A program made the position numbers and the translations under genes. Under the pieces are notes generated by a model. That model saw only the letters and a list, made by a program, of their open reading frames with translations, made no database searches and was not told the origin of the DNA. DNA of 62,723 nucleotides, filler included, from Folioceros fuciformis (taxonomy: Eukaryota), in NCBI GenBank assembly GCA_049999805.1. It is 3 parts of 2 records of this genome, joined end to end, with 100 filler letters (N's around TTAATTAATTAA, not from the genome) between each part and the next. Parts side by side here need not be neighbours in the genome. Positions count along the whole stretch, not along the records: positions 32,024 to 48,127 come from JBNGIO010006217.1; 2 more parts are not named here. One strand, written 5' to 3'. This document shows, piece by piece, positions 33,604 to 45,836 of this stretch (the stretch's first letter is position 1; each line of letters opens with the position of its first letter).

Positions 33604-34696
33604 ATGACGACAATCAGGAGATTCTGTTGCGAAGACCTTCTGCGCATCTCGCCTGTGAATTTGGACTATCTCACGGAAACGGTAATTCTAACAATTCTCT
33701 GGTTTGGTTGTTGTCGGTGGTGGGAGTTGTCGAACCGGAGCCGAAGCCGGAGCCTGATTTGTTTCTTTGCTGCCTGTCGACAGTACAACATGCCTTTCTA
33801 CCTCACTTATCTTGCAAGATGGCCGGACTATTTTCACATCGCTAAGGGCCCTAATGGATCTGTCATGGGCTACAGTTGAGTCGCATTGCCAATCCTTTTT
33901 TTGACTCCTGCGAATTATTTCTGTTCCTGCCTGATGTGAAGGGTTTCTTTCAGCTGTATTGACCCTTGTCTGCGAGGCTGGGACATGCGAGTTTGGTGAT
34001 GGAACGATCGTTGTTTGTTAACGTGTGTTATTCGTCGCGATTTTCGGTGTCTTGTTTCATGTACGCAGTTATGGGGAAGGTCGAGGGTCACTTGGAGTCA
34101 TGGCACGGCCATGTGACCGCTTTGAGTGTAGCACCTGAATACCGTCGCCAAAATTTGGCGAAGAAGCTTATGGGGATTCTTGAGGAAGTAACTGAAAAGA
34201 CGTACGTCCTCTATTGCTGTAGGGGTTTTAACTGGAGGACGTTGTTGTCTCTCCCATTGCACATCTTTATGCCAGCCCTTTCTCGCTTTTGTGTGTGGCA
34301 GGCACAACGCTTATTTTGTAGACCTTTTTGTTCGAGCATCCAATGCTCCGGCCATTCAGATGTACGAGAAGGTAAGAGGAATACGTGCCTCCCTGCTGCT
34401 AGTCGAGTCCTGTAGCGGGCAAATCCTCCGTCTGACGGTTTCTTTCTGTGTCGTGCTGTTCCAGCTGGGTTATGTCGTCTACCGAAGGGTGCTTCGTTAT
34501 TATTCTGGGGAGGAGGATGGATTAGGTAGGTCATATTCATTCGCACTGTTTTCGATGTTGAATAGCAGGCTCGAATCCTGAGTTTGTCCCGCAATCCTCT
34601 GCAGACATGAGAAAAGCGATGCCGAGAGACAAGGAGAAGAAGTCTGTCATCCCACTGAAAAAACCCATAACGCCTGATCAACTGGAGTATGATTGA
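33604..34696 (+). CDS. NAA20: N-terminal acetyltransferase B catalytic subunit, multi-exon
   Basis: MTTIRRFCCEDLL..VNLDYLTETYNMPFYLTYLARWPDYF, MGKVEG..ESWHGHVTALSVAPEYRRQ, AYFVDLFVRASN, GYVVYRRVLRYYSGEEDGLDMRKA; ends DQLEYD*. Confidence 0.97.
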
Positions 34697-35785
34697 CACT
34701 TCTGTAGAGCCTTTTCTTCGTATTATGATTTCCTCCTGGCAGCGAAACAAAGCGGTTGTATGAGTGCTAAGTTTTCAAGTACTCACAGTGTGGCGGGTAG
34801 GGTAGGGTAGGGCTCTCATGAGTCACGTCGACGCACTCGGAACATAGGCCTCAGAAGATATCTGTCGGATGGTTGAAGGAAGTGAGCACTGTGCTCTCAG
34901 GATGAGACTCTGAGGTGGTTTGTTAACTGGAGTTGCGTGTCCTGCTATAGAATCCAATTCCCGTCCAAGTGCAACTGGCTGTGCCTTGGCTGCTTTCTCA
35001 ATTGTATGTCGTTATACACCAGTAGCAACTCGCATCATACTTTAGCATAAAAAGGAAGGAGGAATGTTAGCGCAGTCTGAGATCCGTTGTGAGCTTGCAG
35101 TGAATCTGGCTGCGGCCGCCCTTGAACTTGGCTTCGAGCTTGCAACTTTCGCAGAATCTCTTTGTCAGTATTTCTAGGCTTTGGGACAAACTGTAACACA
35201 TGGCGCATTTGAGATAATCTTGGGCCCACTGTTGGCGTCACTGTGGATAAAAACAGCAGCATGGGCCACATCGGCTGGCCGGGCCCCGGTACAAGGTTCG
35301 TTGGCCCGGCGGGATGCGAACCGGGGGTATGGAGGAGGTCTGCTGGCCGGGAAAACAATGCCGTATTTTGGATGCTGGTTTTGGCAAACCGCTGTTCATA
35401 GGCTGTGTAGAGGAATCGAGTGGCGGGGGAGGGGAAGTATGCGCATCTAGTTGGTCGAGGTCGACTGGGATTCCTCGGACACGGACTGAAGCGATGGTCA
35501 GACTGCAGCAGCATTGCGGTGTGAAGGAGCGATGTGTGCCATGGTGGTGGGCCTCAGGCCTGCCTGCAAGCTATGTATATGGTGCCTTCGCGCCCTCTTC
35601 AGACCACCTGGGATCCGTTTCTCCAGCCGGCACATTCAGGCGCTCCGCCGAGTTTTCATGGCGAGGAACGCGGGGATGCGGCAGTTTTGAAGTCCTGACT
35701 GGCCTCCAGTATGCTCCTAGCTTATTGCTTTTGCTGCTAGGTGGCTGTTGCCTGCAGGAATTTTCCCGCCACTCATCTGTACACA

Positions 35786-38102
35786 ATGGCCCAGGTGGGT
35801 TATGGATCTTGTCTGTTTGCTGGGGTCTCACTCGTTCCAAGTTTCTTCCTACGTATGTGCCTTCGCTTAAAATTGTGGTGCAGGCAGCTGCAGCGTCAGG
35901 GAGCCCAGTCCTTCGTCATGATGATGGCTTTGTTGGAGATGGTTCAGTTGATCTCAGGGGCAGACCCTCCATCAAAAGAAAAACAGGAACGTGGAAGGCC
36001 GTTCCTTTCGTCTACGGTATACATTTGTGCAACACTAGCTGAAGGCACCTGCGTGGATTTTCAGATAGTGTGTTTTTTTCTTTTGCCTAAACTGATTACC
36101 TTTCACCACTGTCTGCGCAGCTGTTCAAGGAGGGGACACTGTGGCAACGCTTGGGATTGCAGGGAACCTTATTGTTTATCTCACGGGAACTCTCCATGTT
36201 GCCATTCCAGACGCTGCAAACATAGTGTCGTACTTTATGGGTATTCTCTATCTTCTTCCCCTGTTCTGGGGTTTTCTGGCAGATTCTCACTTCGGAAGAT
36301 ACTGGACAATTCTCTGCACCTCACTTGTGGCCTTTGTGGTATGCATCTGAGAACCGTCAACTGTTGTTTGGATTAGCAGTAGTATTGAATCTGTAAGACC
36401 TGCTCTGAAATATGTTCATGATTGCCAGGGACTGGTGGTGTTCACTGCGTCCGCTGCTGTTCCAGCTCTGCAACCTCCACACTGCGTTCCAAATGCAGCC
36501 AATCAAGGCGTCTGTCCGATAGCTAGTGACTATGTTCTGAACTGGATGCACGCAGGCTTGTACCTACTGGCCATCGGGTCTGCAGGCATCAAGCCCTCCA
36601 TAACCTCGCTCGGTCAGGACCAGTTTGACCAGACTGATCCTGTGGAGAAGGACATGGGAACTCACTTCTTCACAGGCTACTACGTCGTCTTGAATGTGTC
36701 CACCATTTTCTGCGTCACGGTTTTGACCTACATTCAGACAAATGTCAGTTTTGGTTGGGGCTATGGTGTCGGAACAGCAGTTTTCACCATGTCAATACTT
36801 ATCTTCCTTGCTGGCACTCCAACATACAGGTCCTCTACAGCCCTTGTAGGTCATTCCCACGTCTCTCTGCCGTAAAGCAGCAACAGACACTGACTGCTCG
36901 GTTTTGGTTTTTGCCTTGTGCATTGACAGGCATATCAAGCCATCGGGCAGTGCCTTGACACGAGTAACACAAGTCGTGGTTGTAGCATTCAAGAACTCCA
37001 AACAGGAACTTCCGGCAGCTCACGAACAGCTATATGAGCTCAGCAACAAAGAGTACAACAACCAAGCTATTCGCAAGCTGTCCCATACGAGTAGATTCAG
37101 GTGGGCGATTCAATGACTCCGACCCGTCGCTTGCACCCAGCTAGTGGAACATGGGCCACTGTATTAGGTTGCCCCGTTCCTTGTTACTGATCTCCTCAAT
37201 TGTACAGATGGCTGGATAAAGCTGCCATTTATCCACACGCAAACAAGGACGAGGTCGGCCCCTGGGATGTGTGCACGGTCACACAGGTCGAAGAACTGAA
37301 GTGCGTGATCCAGATTCTACCCATCTGGCTGACCACTGTGTCTGTGTACATCATGTTTTCACAAATGCTTTCCTTCACCGTTCAACAAGGAGTGAACATG
37401 GACAGGCACATAGGAAAGCATTTCACAATCCCTGCAGGTTCCATCTCCGTATTCATGCTTGGGACTGCCATCATCTTCATCCCCCTCTTCGAAACTTTTA
37501 TCGTTCCTCCCTTGAGACGATTCACGGGTCATACCCGAGGCCTGTCAGATTTACAGAGGATTGGAGTGGCCATGGTGCTGGCAATGTTGGCCTTAGTCAC
37601 AGCAGCGGTAGTAGAAGACAAGAAGGTGAATACCATCAAAAACCACCATGTCACCTTTCTCGAGATCGTTGAAAACAAGATTCCTTTGGGCTTCTACTGG
37701 TTGATTCCACAATATGCGATACTAGGCGTCACCGAGTTCCTGGTGGGTGTCAGTCAGTTGAACTTCTTCTACTCTCAAGCCCCGGACAACATGAGGAGCT
37801 TGGGAACCTCTCTCTATTTCACATCTATATCTCTGGGTTACTTCTTGTCTACTGCCATCGTGAACTTGGTTAACAGGATCACCAAGCACTCAGGAGGGTG
37901 GCTTTATGCCGACTTCTACACTGGTGGACTGAGGAAGTACTACTACCTGTTGGCCGTTGCTGTAGCAGTCAACTTCGTAGTTTTCCTAATTTTTGCACGC
38001 TGCTATACTTACAAGAAGCTACACGAGGGCCAGGATTTGCATGCAGGAAACGAGTTCCGACAAATTGACACGGCTAAAGTCAAGGATGTAGAAGACGTTT
38101 GA
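35786..38102 (+). CDS. NRT1/PTR family (NPF) transporter, multi-exon
   Basis: DGSVDLRGRPSIKRKTGTWKA, GFLADSHFGRYWTI, GIKPSITSLGQDQFD, FRWLDKAA, CTVTQVEELK, LQRIGV, FFYSQAPDNMRSLG. The MAQ first exon at 35786-35794 is inferred. Confidence 0.95.
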
Positions 38103-38766
38103 TTGAGTGCGTCTGCAAGAAGAAGAGCAAGTTTTGTGTGCACGTATAAACCTTCATATCCTTCAGTATCTCAATATCAATCCGTATGTTTGAGATCTGA
38201 AAGATACGATGTTTTAAGTGTTTGTATAATGTAAATAAACACCCTTATTTAATAGCCCTTTGGGGCTGGTTATTGTAATGTAACAGCTCTATGGGGCTTT
38301 TCAAAATTAAAATGCACAATACAAATTCATGAGAGGAAACAGTAAACTCAAGGAAACTTGGAGATTTGTACATCTCAATATAAAAGTTCTTTGGTAGAAA
38401 TGATCACTCCATATTTTTACCATCCTCTTATCAACTACACTAAGATCATTGAATTTGCAAACTAAGATGTGACTAATTGTAAGATATGGCTAAGAGGGAC
38501 TACTACTTCCTCATAAGGGAATTAATTTTATTAAACCACATTTCGGCCGGACAGAACCATTTATGGCTGTGGTTACCAATGGCTGGTGGGGATCGAGATT
38601 GCAGCTTTAAAGAGATGCCGGAAGGCGAGAAAAATGGTTTCCCTGTGGATTAATGAGGAGCGACGCAGCAGCCCCGTTGAGGCTGATGGTTTGGTTTACC
38701 GGACACTGAAGCACACGTCTTTTCTCGTTTCCTGGCCATTGTTTGCAGGGGCTGGGCCTTGGCCTG

Positions 38767-41700
38767 TCACACACTCTGATCAAGCACGGATAAGGCCCAT
38801 GATGCTGGGTCCAGGTGTGTGACATATGTACTCTGCTCCGTTGCAAGACCAAGCTGGTTAAGCGAAGCATTCTGGCCTCCGATCTGGGGATGCTTTCTGT
38901 CCCCAACAACAAAACTGTGGACCTGTCCATCTATGTCTGTCCACCAGCTCTGGCCTGGCTGCTTCCGTGCTCCCATTCCTTGCCTCCTCACCTGCATCTC
39001 CTGTGCCTCCTCCCACATCTGGGCACCGGAATATATCATGGACATCAGCACATAGGCTGCAGCATCTTGTGGGTCGAGCTTCACAGCTTCGTTAAAAGCG
39101 AGCAGCCCAATGTCTACATTGGTCCACTTTCGACAGGCACTTAGGAGAGTGTGCCAAACTGCCATGTGGGGCTGCACAGGCATCGACAGCACCACTGCTA
39201 GTGCCACGTCGAGGTTGCCTGCTCGACTCAGGAGATCTACCATGCAAGTGTAGTGCTCCACTGCAGGACTGATGCCGTACTGTCTGCTCATAGCCTCAAA
39301 GTACTCTTGCCCTTTGCTCACCAGGCCTGCGTGGCTGCATACTGTTAGAACACTGAGGAATGTTACGCTGTCTGGTTGGATGCCATGTTCTTTCATTCTG
39401 TGAACTAAGGCGAACACAGCTTCACTGTCTCCTTGACGGGTGTATCCTGCAATCAGGGCATTCCATGCAACAATGTCCCTGTCAGGCAAGGTATCGAACA
39501 CCTGCTGAGCATCAACTATGCTCCCAGACTTGGCGTACATGTTTATCAAACTGTTGCCTATGGTTGAATCCGCTTGGAGCCCTTGTTCCTCGACCTGTGC
39601 ATGAAGCTGTCTCCCTGCATCCAGTGCTGCCACACCTGCACATGCCTGGAGGAGGCACACAAATGTCACAGAATGCTCTGGAGCAATGCCCTCATCTTGC
39701 ATGGCATTATGAAGACGAAGGGCTTCCTGACCCATGCCCTGCTGCATATAGCCTGTGATGAGAGCAGTCCAGGTCGCCACATTCTTTTCATTGAGATTGT
39801 CAAATACGCTCTGAGCATCTTGTAGGCTGCCGCACTTGGCGTACATGTTCACCAAGCTGCAGCCTACTATCACATCAGCCTCCAGTCCCTGTTTCGATAT
39901 CTGTGCATGGAGCTCCCTCCCCCTTTCCAAAGCCAGGGTGCCCACACTTGCACATGCCTGAAGGAGGGACACAAACGTTACCGAATCAGGTGCAGCAAGG
40001 CCTTCCTCTTCCATTCCGCTGTAGAGGTGAAGGGCTTCCTGACCCATGCCTTGCTGAGCATATCCTGAGATCATGGCATTCCACGTGATCACGTCTTTTC
40101 GACCGAGCTTGTCGAAGACGCTTTGGGCATCCTCTGCACTGCCACACTTTGCGTACATGTTTATCAGACTGTTGGCTACAAACAGATCCACCTGAAGCCC
40201 TTGTTCTCCAATCTGCGCATGAAGCTGCTTCCCCTTCTGCAAAGCAGCATTACCTACATTTGCACAAGCCTGCAGGAGGCAAACGAATGTCACAGAGTCA
40301 GGTGCCGAGATTCCTTCGTCTTGCATAGCACTGTAAAGACGGAGCGCTTCCGCGCCCATGCCCTGCTGAGAATATCCTGCGATTAGAGCGCTCCATGTCA
40401 CCACATCTTTGTCATCAAGATTGTCGAAGACAGCTTTAGCATCGCTTAGGCTGCCACACTTGGCATACATGTTCACCAGGCTGGAACCTACAACCATATC
40501 AACTTGAAGCCCTCTTTCTCCAATCTGTGAATGAAGCTGCTGTCCCTTCTCCAAAGCCGGGGTGCCCACACTTGCACATGCTTGCAGGAGGTACACAAAT
40601 GTTGCAGAATTAGGAGAAGCCGTGCCTTCTTGCAGCAAGGCGCTGTAAAGATGAAGGGCATCAAGGACCCGTCCCGCCTGCAAATATCCTGCTATCATGG
40701 AATTCCACAACGTCACATCTTTCTTACCGACTCTGTTAAACACGGTCTGGGCATCCTCTAGACTGCCACACTTCGCATACATGCCAATCAAAGCGTTTGC
40801 CACAAACACATCAGCTTGAAGCCCTTGTTTGCCAATGTGTGCATCAAGCTGCTTTCCCATCTTCAACGCTGGTGTACCCACACTTGCACATGCCTGTAGG
40901 AGGCACACAAATGTCACAGAATCAGGCACAGGACCGCCTTCCGCTATCATAGCACTGTACAGATTAAACACTTCCTGACCCATGTTCTGTTGGGAATATC
41001 CTGCTAAAATGGCATTCCAGGTCACCACATCTTTTTGACCAAGCCCGTCAAAAACTCTCTGGGCATCCTCTAGGCTGCCACACTTTGCATACATGTCTAT
41101 CAAACAGTTAGCAACAAACACATCAGCTAGAAGCCCTTCTTCTTCGATTTGGACGTGAAGCCGCTTCCCCTTCTCCAAAGCTGAGGTGCCCAGACTTGCA
41201 CATGCGTGAAGAAGGCTGGCAAACGTCACAGAATCAGGTGGAGCGGCACTTCCTTCTTCTTGCATATCGCTGAAAAGATGAAAGGCTTCCTGAAGCATGC
41301 CATGCTGGGAATACCCCGCTATCATGGCATTCCAGGTCACCACATCTTTCTGACCAAGCCCATTAAAAAGGCTGTGAGCATCCTCCAGGCTCCCACACTT
41401 GGCATACATATTTATCAGACTGTTGGCTACAATCACACGAGATTGAAGCCCTCGTTTCTGAATCTCTGCATGAAGATGCTTCCCCTTCTCCAATGCCTGG
41501 GTGCCAAGACTTGCACACGCCTGCAAAAGGCCCACAAACGTCACATGATTGGGCGCAGCCTTGCCTTCTTTCTGCATAGCATCGTAAAGACTAAGGGCCT
41601 GCTGGCCCATTCCCTTCTGGGAACATCCGGTTATCATTGCATTCCACGTCACCACATCCTTCTGACGAAGCCCAGCAAACACTCTGTGAGCGTCTTCCAA

Positions 41701-42783
41701 GCTGCCACACTTTGCATACATGTTGACCAGGCTGCAACCTACGACTCCATCAGCCTGAAGTCCCTGTTGTTGAATCTGTCCATGGAGCTGCTTGCCCCTC
41801 TCCATAGCCGGGGAGCCCACACTCGCACATGCCTGCAGGAGGCACACAAAAGTCACAGCATCAGGTGCAGTCAGGCCTTCCTTTTGCATTTCACTGAAGA
41901 GACAAAGGGCCTCCCTACCCATTCCCTGCTGGGAATATCCGGTCATCATCGCATTCCACGTCACCACAGTTTTGTGACGAAGTCCAGCAAACACTCTTTG
42001 AGCTTCCTCCAAGCTGCCGCACTTTGCATACATGTCCACCAAGCAACTACAAACAAATGAATCAGGCTCAACCCCACTGGCCAACACATCTGTATGCACC
42101 TGCTGCCCAGTTTCCAAGTCATCTCCCCGAGCACAAGCCTGCAAGGCTGCCACAAACACGTGGCCATCTGGCTTCACACTTGACCCACGCATCTCGTGAT
42201 ACAGTTCTATGGCCTGCTTAGCTTGTCCTTGTCTCACATGCGCAGAAATCATGGATGACCACATGAAGGCATCTGGTTCAGCAACCACGGTGAACACATC
42301 CATCGCTTCTTGCAACCTGGCTTGAGAAGCATACATCCGCAGGAGGTGATTGGACAAGAAGGTGTCGGAGTCATAACCCGTCTTCACGCAAAGAGCATGA
42401 ACACGACGACCCAGAACCAGATCCTTCCTAACCACGCATGCTTTCACGAGAGTATAGAGGAGAGGCTTGGAACTTGGATCCTCCTTCTGCACCAGAATTT
42501 CAAGTGCCTCGACGGCCTCAGCCAGCTGCCCTTTTTCGCATAGTCTACTCACAGTATCAGCCGTAACGCTGGCAGATATCTGTTCAGCAAGCTTAAAGTC
42601 TTCTCTCGGATGGGCTTGGGATGCCTTCCTTGGCAGACTGCTGCACCTCCCGGCTTCCTTGTTCGCTAATGCTTGACATCTCGCAGTCAGTTTCACACAC
42701 GCCTTGCCTACAAGACCAGAAAACCCCCCAATCTGATGCGCACAGAAGTCCTGTGGTCCTCCACCCCAAGAATCAAGTTCCAT
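38767..42783 (-). CDS. PLS-class pentatricopeptide repeat protein (about 30 motifs) with E domains and PG-box but no complete DYW domain; organellar RNA-editing factor type
   Basis: 1338-aa intronless ORF with ~10 P-L-S triplets (VTWNAMI..YSQQG / VTFVCLLQACAS / MYAKCGS), HYTCMVDLLSRAG and RKQPGQSWWTD..VHSFVVGDRKHPQ; stops before any HxE/CxxC. Confidence 0.96.
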   Translation of the reverse strand: MELDSWGGGPQDFCAHQIGGFSGLVGKACVKLTARCQALANKEAGRCSSLPRKASQAHPREDFKLAEQISASVTADTVSRLCEKGQLAEAVEALEILVQKEDPSSKPLLYTLVKACVVRKDLVLGRRVHALCVKTGYDSDTFLSNHLLRMYASQARLQEAMDVFTVVAEPDAFMWSSMISAHVRQGQAKQAIELYHEMRGSSVKPDGHVFVAALQACARGDDLETGQQVHTDVLASGVEPDSFVCSCLVDMYAKCGSLEEAQRVFAGLRHKTVVTWNAMMTGYSQQGMGREALCLFSEMQKEGLTAPDAVTFVCLLQACASVGSPAMERGKQLHGQIQQQGLQADGVVGCSLVNMYAKCGSLEDAHRVFAGLRQKDVVTWNAMITGCSQKGMGQQALSLYDAMQKEGKAAPNHVTFVGLLQACASLGTQALEKGKHLHAEIQKRGLQSRVIVANSLINMYAKCGSLEDAHSLFNGLGQKDVVTWNAMIAGYSQHGMLQEAFHLFSDMQEEGSAAPPDSVTFASLLHACASLGTSALEKGKRLHVQIEEEGLLADVFVANCLIDMYAKCGSLEDAQRVFDGLGQKDVVTWNAILAGYSQQNMGQEVFNLYSAMIAEGGPVPDSVTFVCLLQACASVGTPALKMGKQLDAHIGKQGLQADVFVANALIGMYAKCGSLEDAQTVFNRVGKKDVTLWNSMIAGYLQAGRVLDALHLYSALLQEGTASPNSATFVYLLQACASVGTPALEKGQQLHSQIGERGLQVDMVVGSSLVNMYAKCGSLSDAKAVFDNLDDKDVVTWSALIAGYSQQGMGAEALRLYSAMQDEGISAPDSVTFVCLLQACANVGNAALQKGKQLHAQIGEQGLQVDLFVANSLINMYAKCGSAEDAQSVFDKLGRKDVITWNAMISGYAQQGMGQEALHLYSGMEEEGLAAPDSVTFVSLLQACASVGTLALERGRELHAQISKQGLEADVIVGCSLVNMYAKCGSLQDAQSVFDNLNEKNVATWTALITGYMQQGMGQEALRLHNAMQDEGIAPEHSVTFVCLLQACAGVAALDAGRQLHAQVEEQGLQADSTIGNSLINMYAKSGSIVDAQQVFDTLPDRDIVAWNALIAGYTRQGDSEAVFALVHRMKEHGIQPDSVTFLSVLTVCSHAGLVSKGQEYFEAMSRQYGISPAVEHYTCMVDLLSRAGNLDVALAVVLSMPVQPHMAVWHTLLSACRKWTNVDIGLLAFNEAVKLDPQDAAAYVLMSMIYSGAQMWEEAQEMQVRRQGMGARKQPGQSWWTDIDGQVHSFVVGDRKHPQIGGQNASLNQLGLATEQSTYVTHLDPASWALSVLDQSV

Positions 42784-43929
42784 CCTGTTTGCTCTGTGCT
42801 TTCATCACGAGCTCAAAGCCGGGTGCATCACTACGTTACATGATGGGATGACTAATTCACGATATCCACCAAACATGCCCTGTTCACTGCAACACATTGA
42901 TTTGCCATATTCCCATCCACTGATCCACAGGACTCCTGCATTTCGGATTTGTGATACCAAGGATGTGTCAGGAAGAAGAAGAAGTCTGGTACACAGATCA
43001 CTCTTATGAAATCTTCCGTGTTTAGTAGTCCAGTCCACCACTTCTATCATCTAGAACAACTCTCTCCGACCCGACTCGAATCGAGCATTCTTAACCACCA
43101 GGTTTTTGTAAATGTGTGTCCAATCTGGACCTTGTTGGGACTAAGTTGATGCCAGCTGCAGCCATGGTGATGAGACAGTGGGATGAAGATGAAGACTTGA
43201 TGGACAAATAGCTTCAATGATTTTCAGCCTCTAGTTCACAGGTGTACAATGCAATAATTTTTTGTCTTTATGTTCTGTATATTTCTCAATGATGACTTTT
43301 TTAATTCTTGGTGGATACGTTTATAAAATTAATTAATTGAAGTTAAATGGACACAAGTTTGTAAAAAGTGATTGATTAAAACCAAATGAACACAAATTTA
43401 TAAAAATTGTGGAATTGAGCATGCTACACTCAGGTCAGTACTTACGTGCTACTTAACGGTGTTTCTTTTCTCATTAAGAAGAAGAACAAGATATGGTGCT
43501 GATATGGTTGTAATGGACCTCACACAAGTTTCAATTTTCAAAATTTTCAAGCATATTATTCTCAAATCCCTAGATTGGGTGGCAAAGCATAGAGGAGAGT
43601 GCATCAGCCACAATTCACAAGTACACCCCTCTTGCAAGTTGGACACACCTTACAGTTTGTCCTCCTTGCTGTTAAGACCACAAGTACAGCCCCTTTGCAA
43701 GTTTGCAAGACACACCTTTGTTCCCCTTGCGATGGAAACCCACAGGTTATGTGCAAGACATTTTCCAAGTCTATAAAGATTTGTGTGATGCAATTCATAA
43801 GCTTAGTCTACCTCTTTTGAATATTGTAGCATTTTTTCGCATATTGTTTCCATTGCACTACAATGGGCATAAGGTAAAGGGTTTAGGGTTTGAGAACATT
43901 GGCAAGAGAGGTGGTGTGAATAACTCCAG

Positions 43930-44432
43930 TTGTAGATAGACCCTTCCTCCTCTTGGACTATAGATAGAGCCTTCCCTTCTTCTAGTAGTAGATGGACCCT
44001 TCCTCCTCCTGTACTATAGATAGAGCCTTCCCTTCCTCCCTTTGGACTATAAATAGAGCCTTCCCTTCCTCCTTTTGGACTATAGATTGACCGTTCCTTT
44101 CCTCTTCTAGTCTATAGATAGAGCCTTCCCTTCCTCCTCCTGACTATAGATAGACCCTTCCTTTCCTCCTTCTCATCTATAGATAGAGCCTTCCCTTCCT
44201 CCTTTTGGACCATAGATAGACCCTTCCTTTCCTCTTCTAGTCTATAGATAGAGCCTTCCCTTCCTCCTCCTGGACTATAGATAGACCCTTCCTTTCCTCC
44301 TTCTAGTCTATAGATAGAGCCTTCCCTTCCTCCTTTTGGACTATAGATAGACCCTTCCTTTCCTCTTCTAGTCTATAGATAGACTCTTCCCTTCCTTCTT
44401 CTAGACTATGGATAGACCTTTCCTCCTTCTAG
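43930..44432. repeat. Tandem minisatellite, unit ~33 bp
   Basis: About 15 copies of CTATAGATAGA(G/C)CCTTCC(C/T)TTCCTCCTT(TTGGA/CTAGT). Confidence 0.92.
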
Positions 44433-45836
44433 ACCATGATATTGGGATTATGCTCTTAGGTGCTATAGGTAGTTTTTAGTTTCTAGGGCTTCAAGGGGCT
44501 AGCTTAGTGTCCTAGTCATCTTTTGGAGATTTGTCTCACCTCTTTTAAGGTAGATGGTTTCCATCTTGTCTTTCCAAAATAAATAATCACTCTTAGAACT
44601 TAGATGTGATGCCTAAAGTGAAGGATCCTTCTTAGCAGACTTTCATAGAATTCTTCTTCTAATACTCCTTTCATAGAATTCTTCTTCTAATACTCCTTTC
44701 AGCGTCACTTAGCTCAAGAAGAACATTATTTTCCACCAAGAATTTTAATCGACACACTCTTGAATGGAAAGTCTCATCTATCCCAAAGATTGGAAGAACA
44801 ACCTCTTCCAACCTGAGTAGGGAGGGCCAAAGGAGGTACTAGCCTCTTCAAACATCAAACATCAAACATCGTTATAAAAACTACCTAATGCTTCCAAAAT
44901 GTCATGATGTGTAATAACAAAAGCCTAGCCTGCCACAGAATGATGATGTGGAATAACAAGAAAATGACCTACCTACTTTAAGGATAGTCTTTTGCAAAAG
45001 TCTTTGGTGCATTGTAAAAGTGTTTGGTACGCAAAAAGACCCTTACACAAAGCTAGCTAGTCTCACACTCAATAACTCTCATCACACCCTTTTCACTAAT
45101 GTGTAGACTTTTCTCTCAAGGGGAAGGGTAGGAGGCCAAGGACTAGCCCCCGACTATTCACCCCTGCCTGGACCTACTCAATCAAAGTTTTTTTTATCTA
45201 CACTAATATATAATATAATAGTATATGCATTAAAGGGACTACACACAGACAGCAGCTCTGGAACCAGGCTGAGGAGGAGTTTGAATTTCGAATTGTGTAC
45301 AGGCTGGAGCCGCGTACGACCGTGACCTTTCAGGTCATCATTCACCAGTCCATGTGAACGGTTAATGTTATTAAATAGCCGGAACAAAAAGCGGGAATTG
45401 GAATGGTAAGGACCATACAACACTACATACATATGATGTACAGTAGTGGCGAACGCATAGGGTCCCCCGCCGCTGCCGTAGCGTGTGGCAGGAAAGAGTA
45501 ATCTGCTGTTTGACCTGGAGCGGGGAAGGGAGGCTCTCAGTCTGCGGGAGTTGGAGACGTCTCACACAATGTGGATTTGCTGAGGAGGAAGATGGAGGTA
45601 TGTACATGTTAATGAGGAGGGGAAGGAGAGACCACTGTTTGTGGGTGGAAGGATGGAGGGATGGAAGAATGGAAGACGACACAATGAAGCAAAGCAATCA
45701 TCTTCAGGTTAGCAAAGAGATATTCCTTCGCCTCCGGCTGTCTGGCGTACACGAGAGAGAGCGATAGAGAAGATGAAGATGCCTACAGCCATGGGCAGGT
45801 AGGTAGGTGGCGAGCCAGCGTCCAGGCTGGACAGCA

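Noticed and set aside
35035-35780. Long ORFs upstream of the NPF gene
   Set aside because: No recognisable domains; overlapping frames on both strands in GC-rich leader sequence.
39360-42676. Plus-strand ORFs opposite the PPR gene, and similar antisense ORFs over GINT1, TIN1, PIG-H and the longin gene
   Set aside because: Shadow frames of real genes on the other strand.
43560-43830. Cys-rich minus-strand segment loosely like a SWIM finger of a Mutator transposase
   Set aside because: Needs a frameshift and lacks key Cys/His residues; no other transposase motifs or terminal repeats seen.
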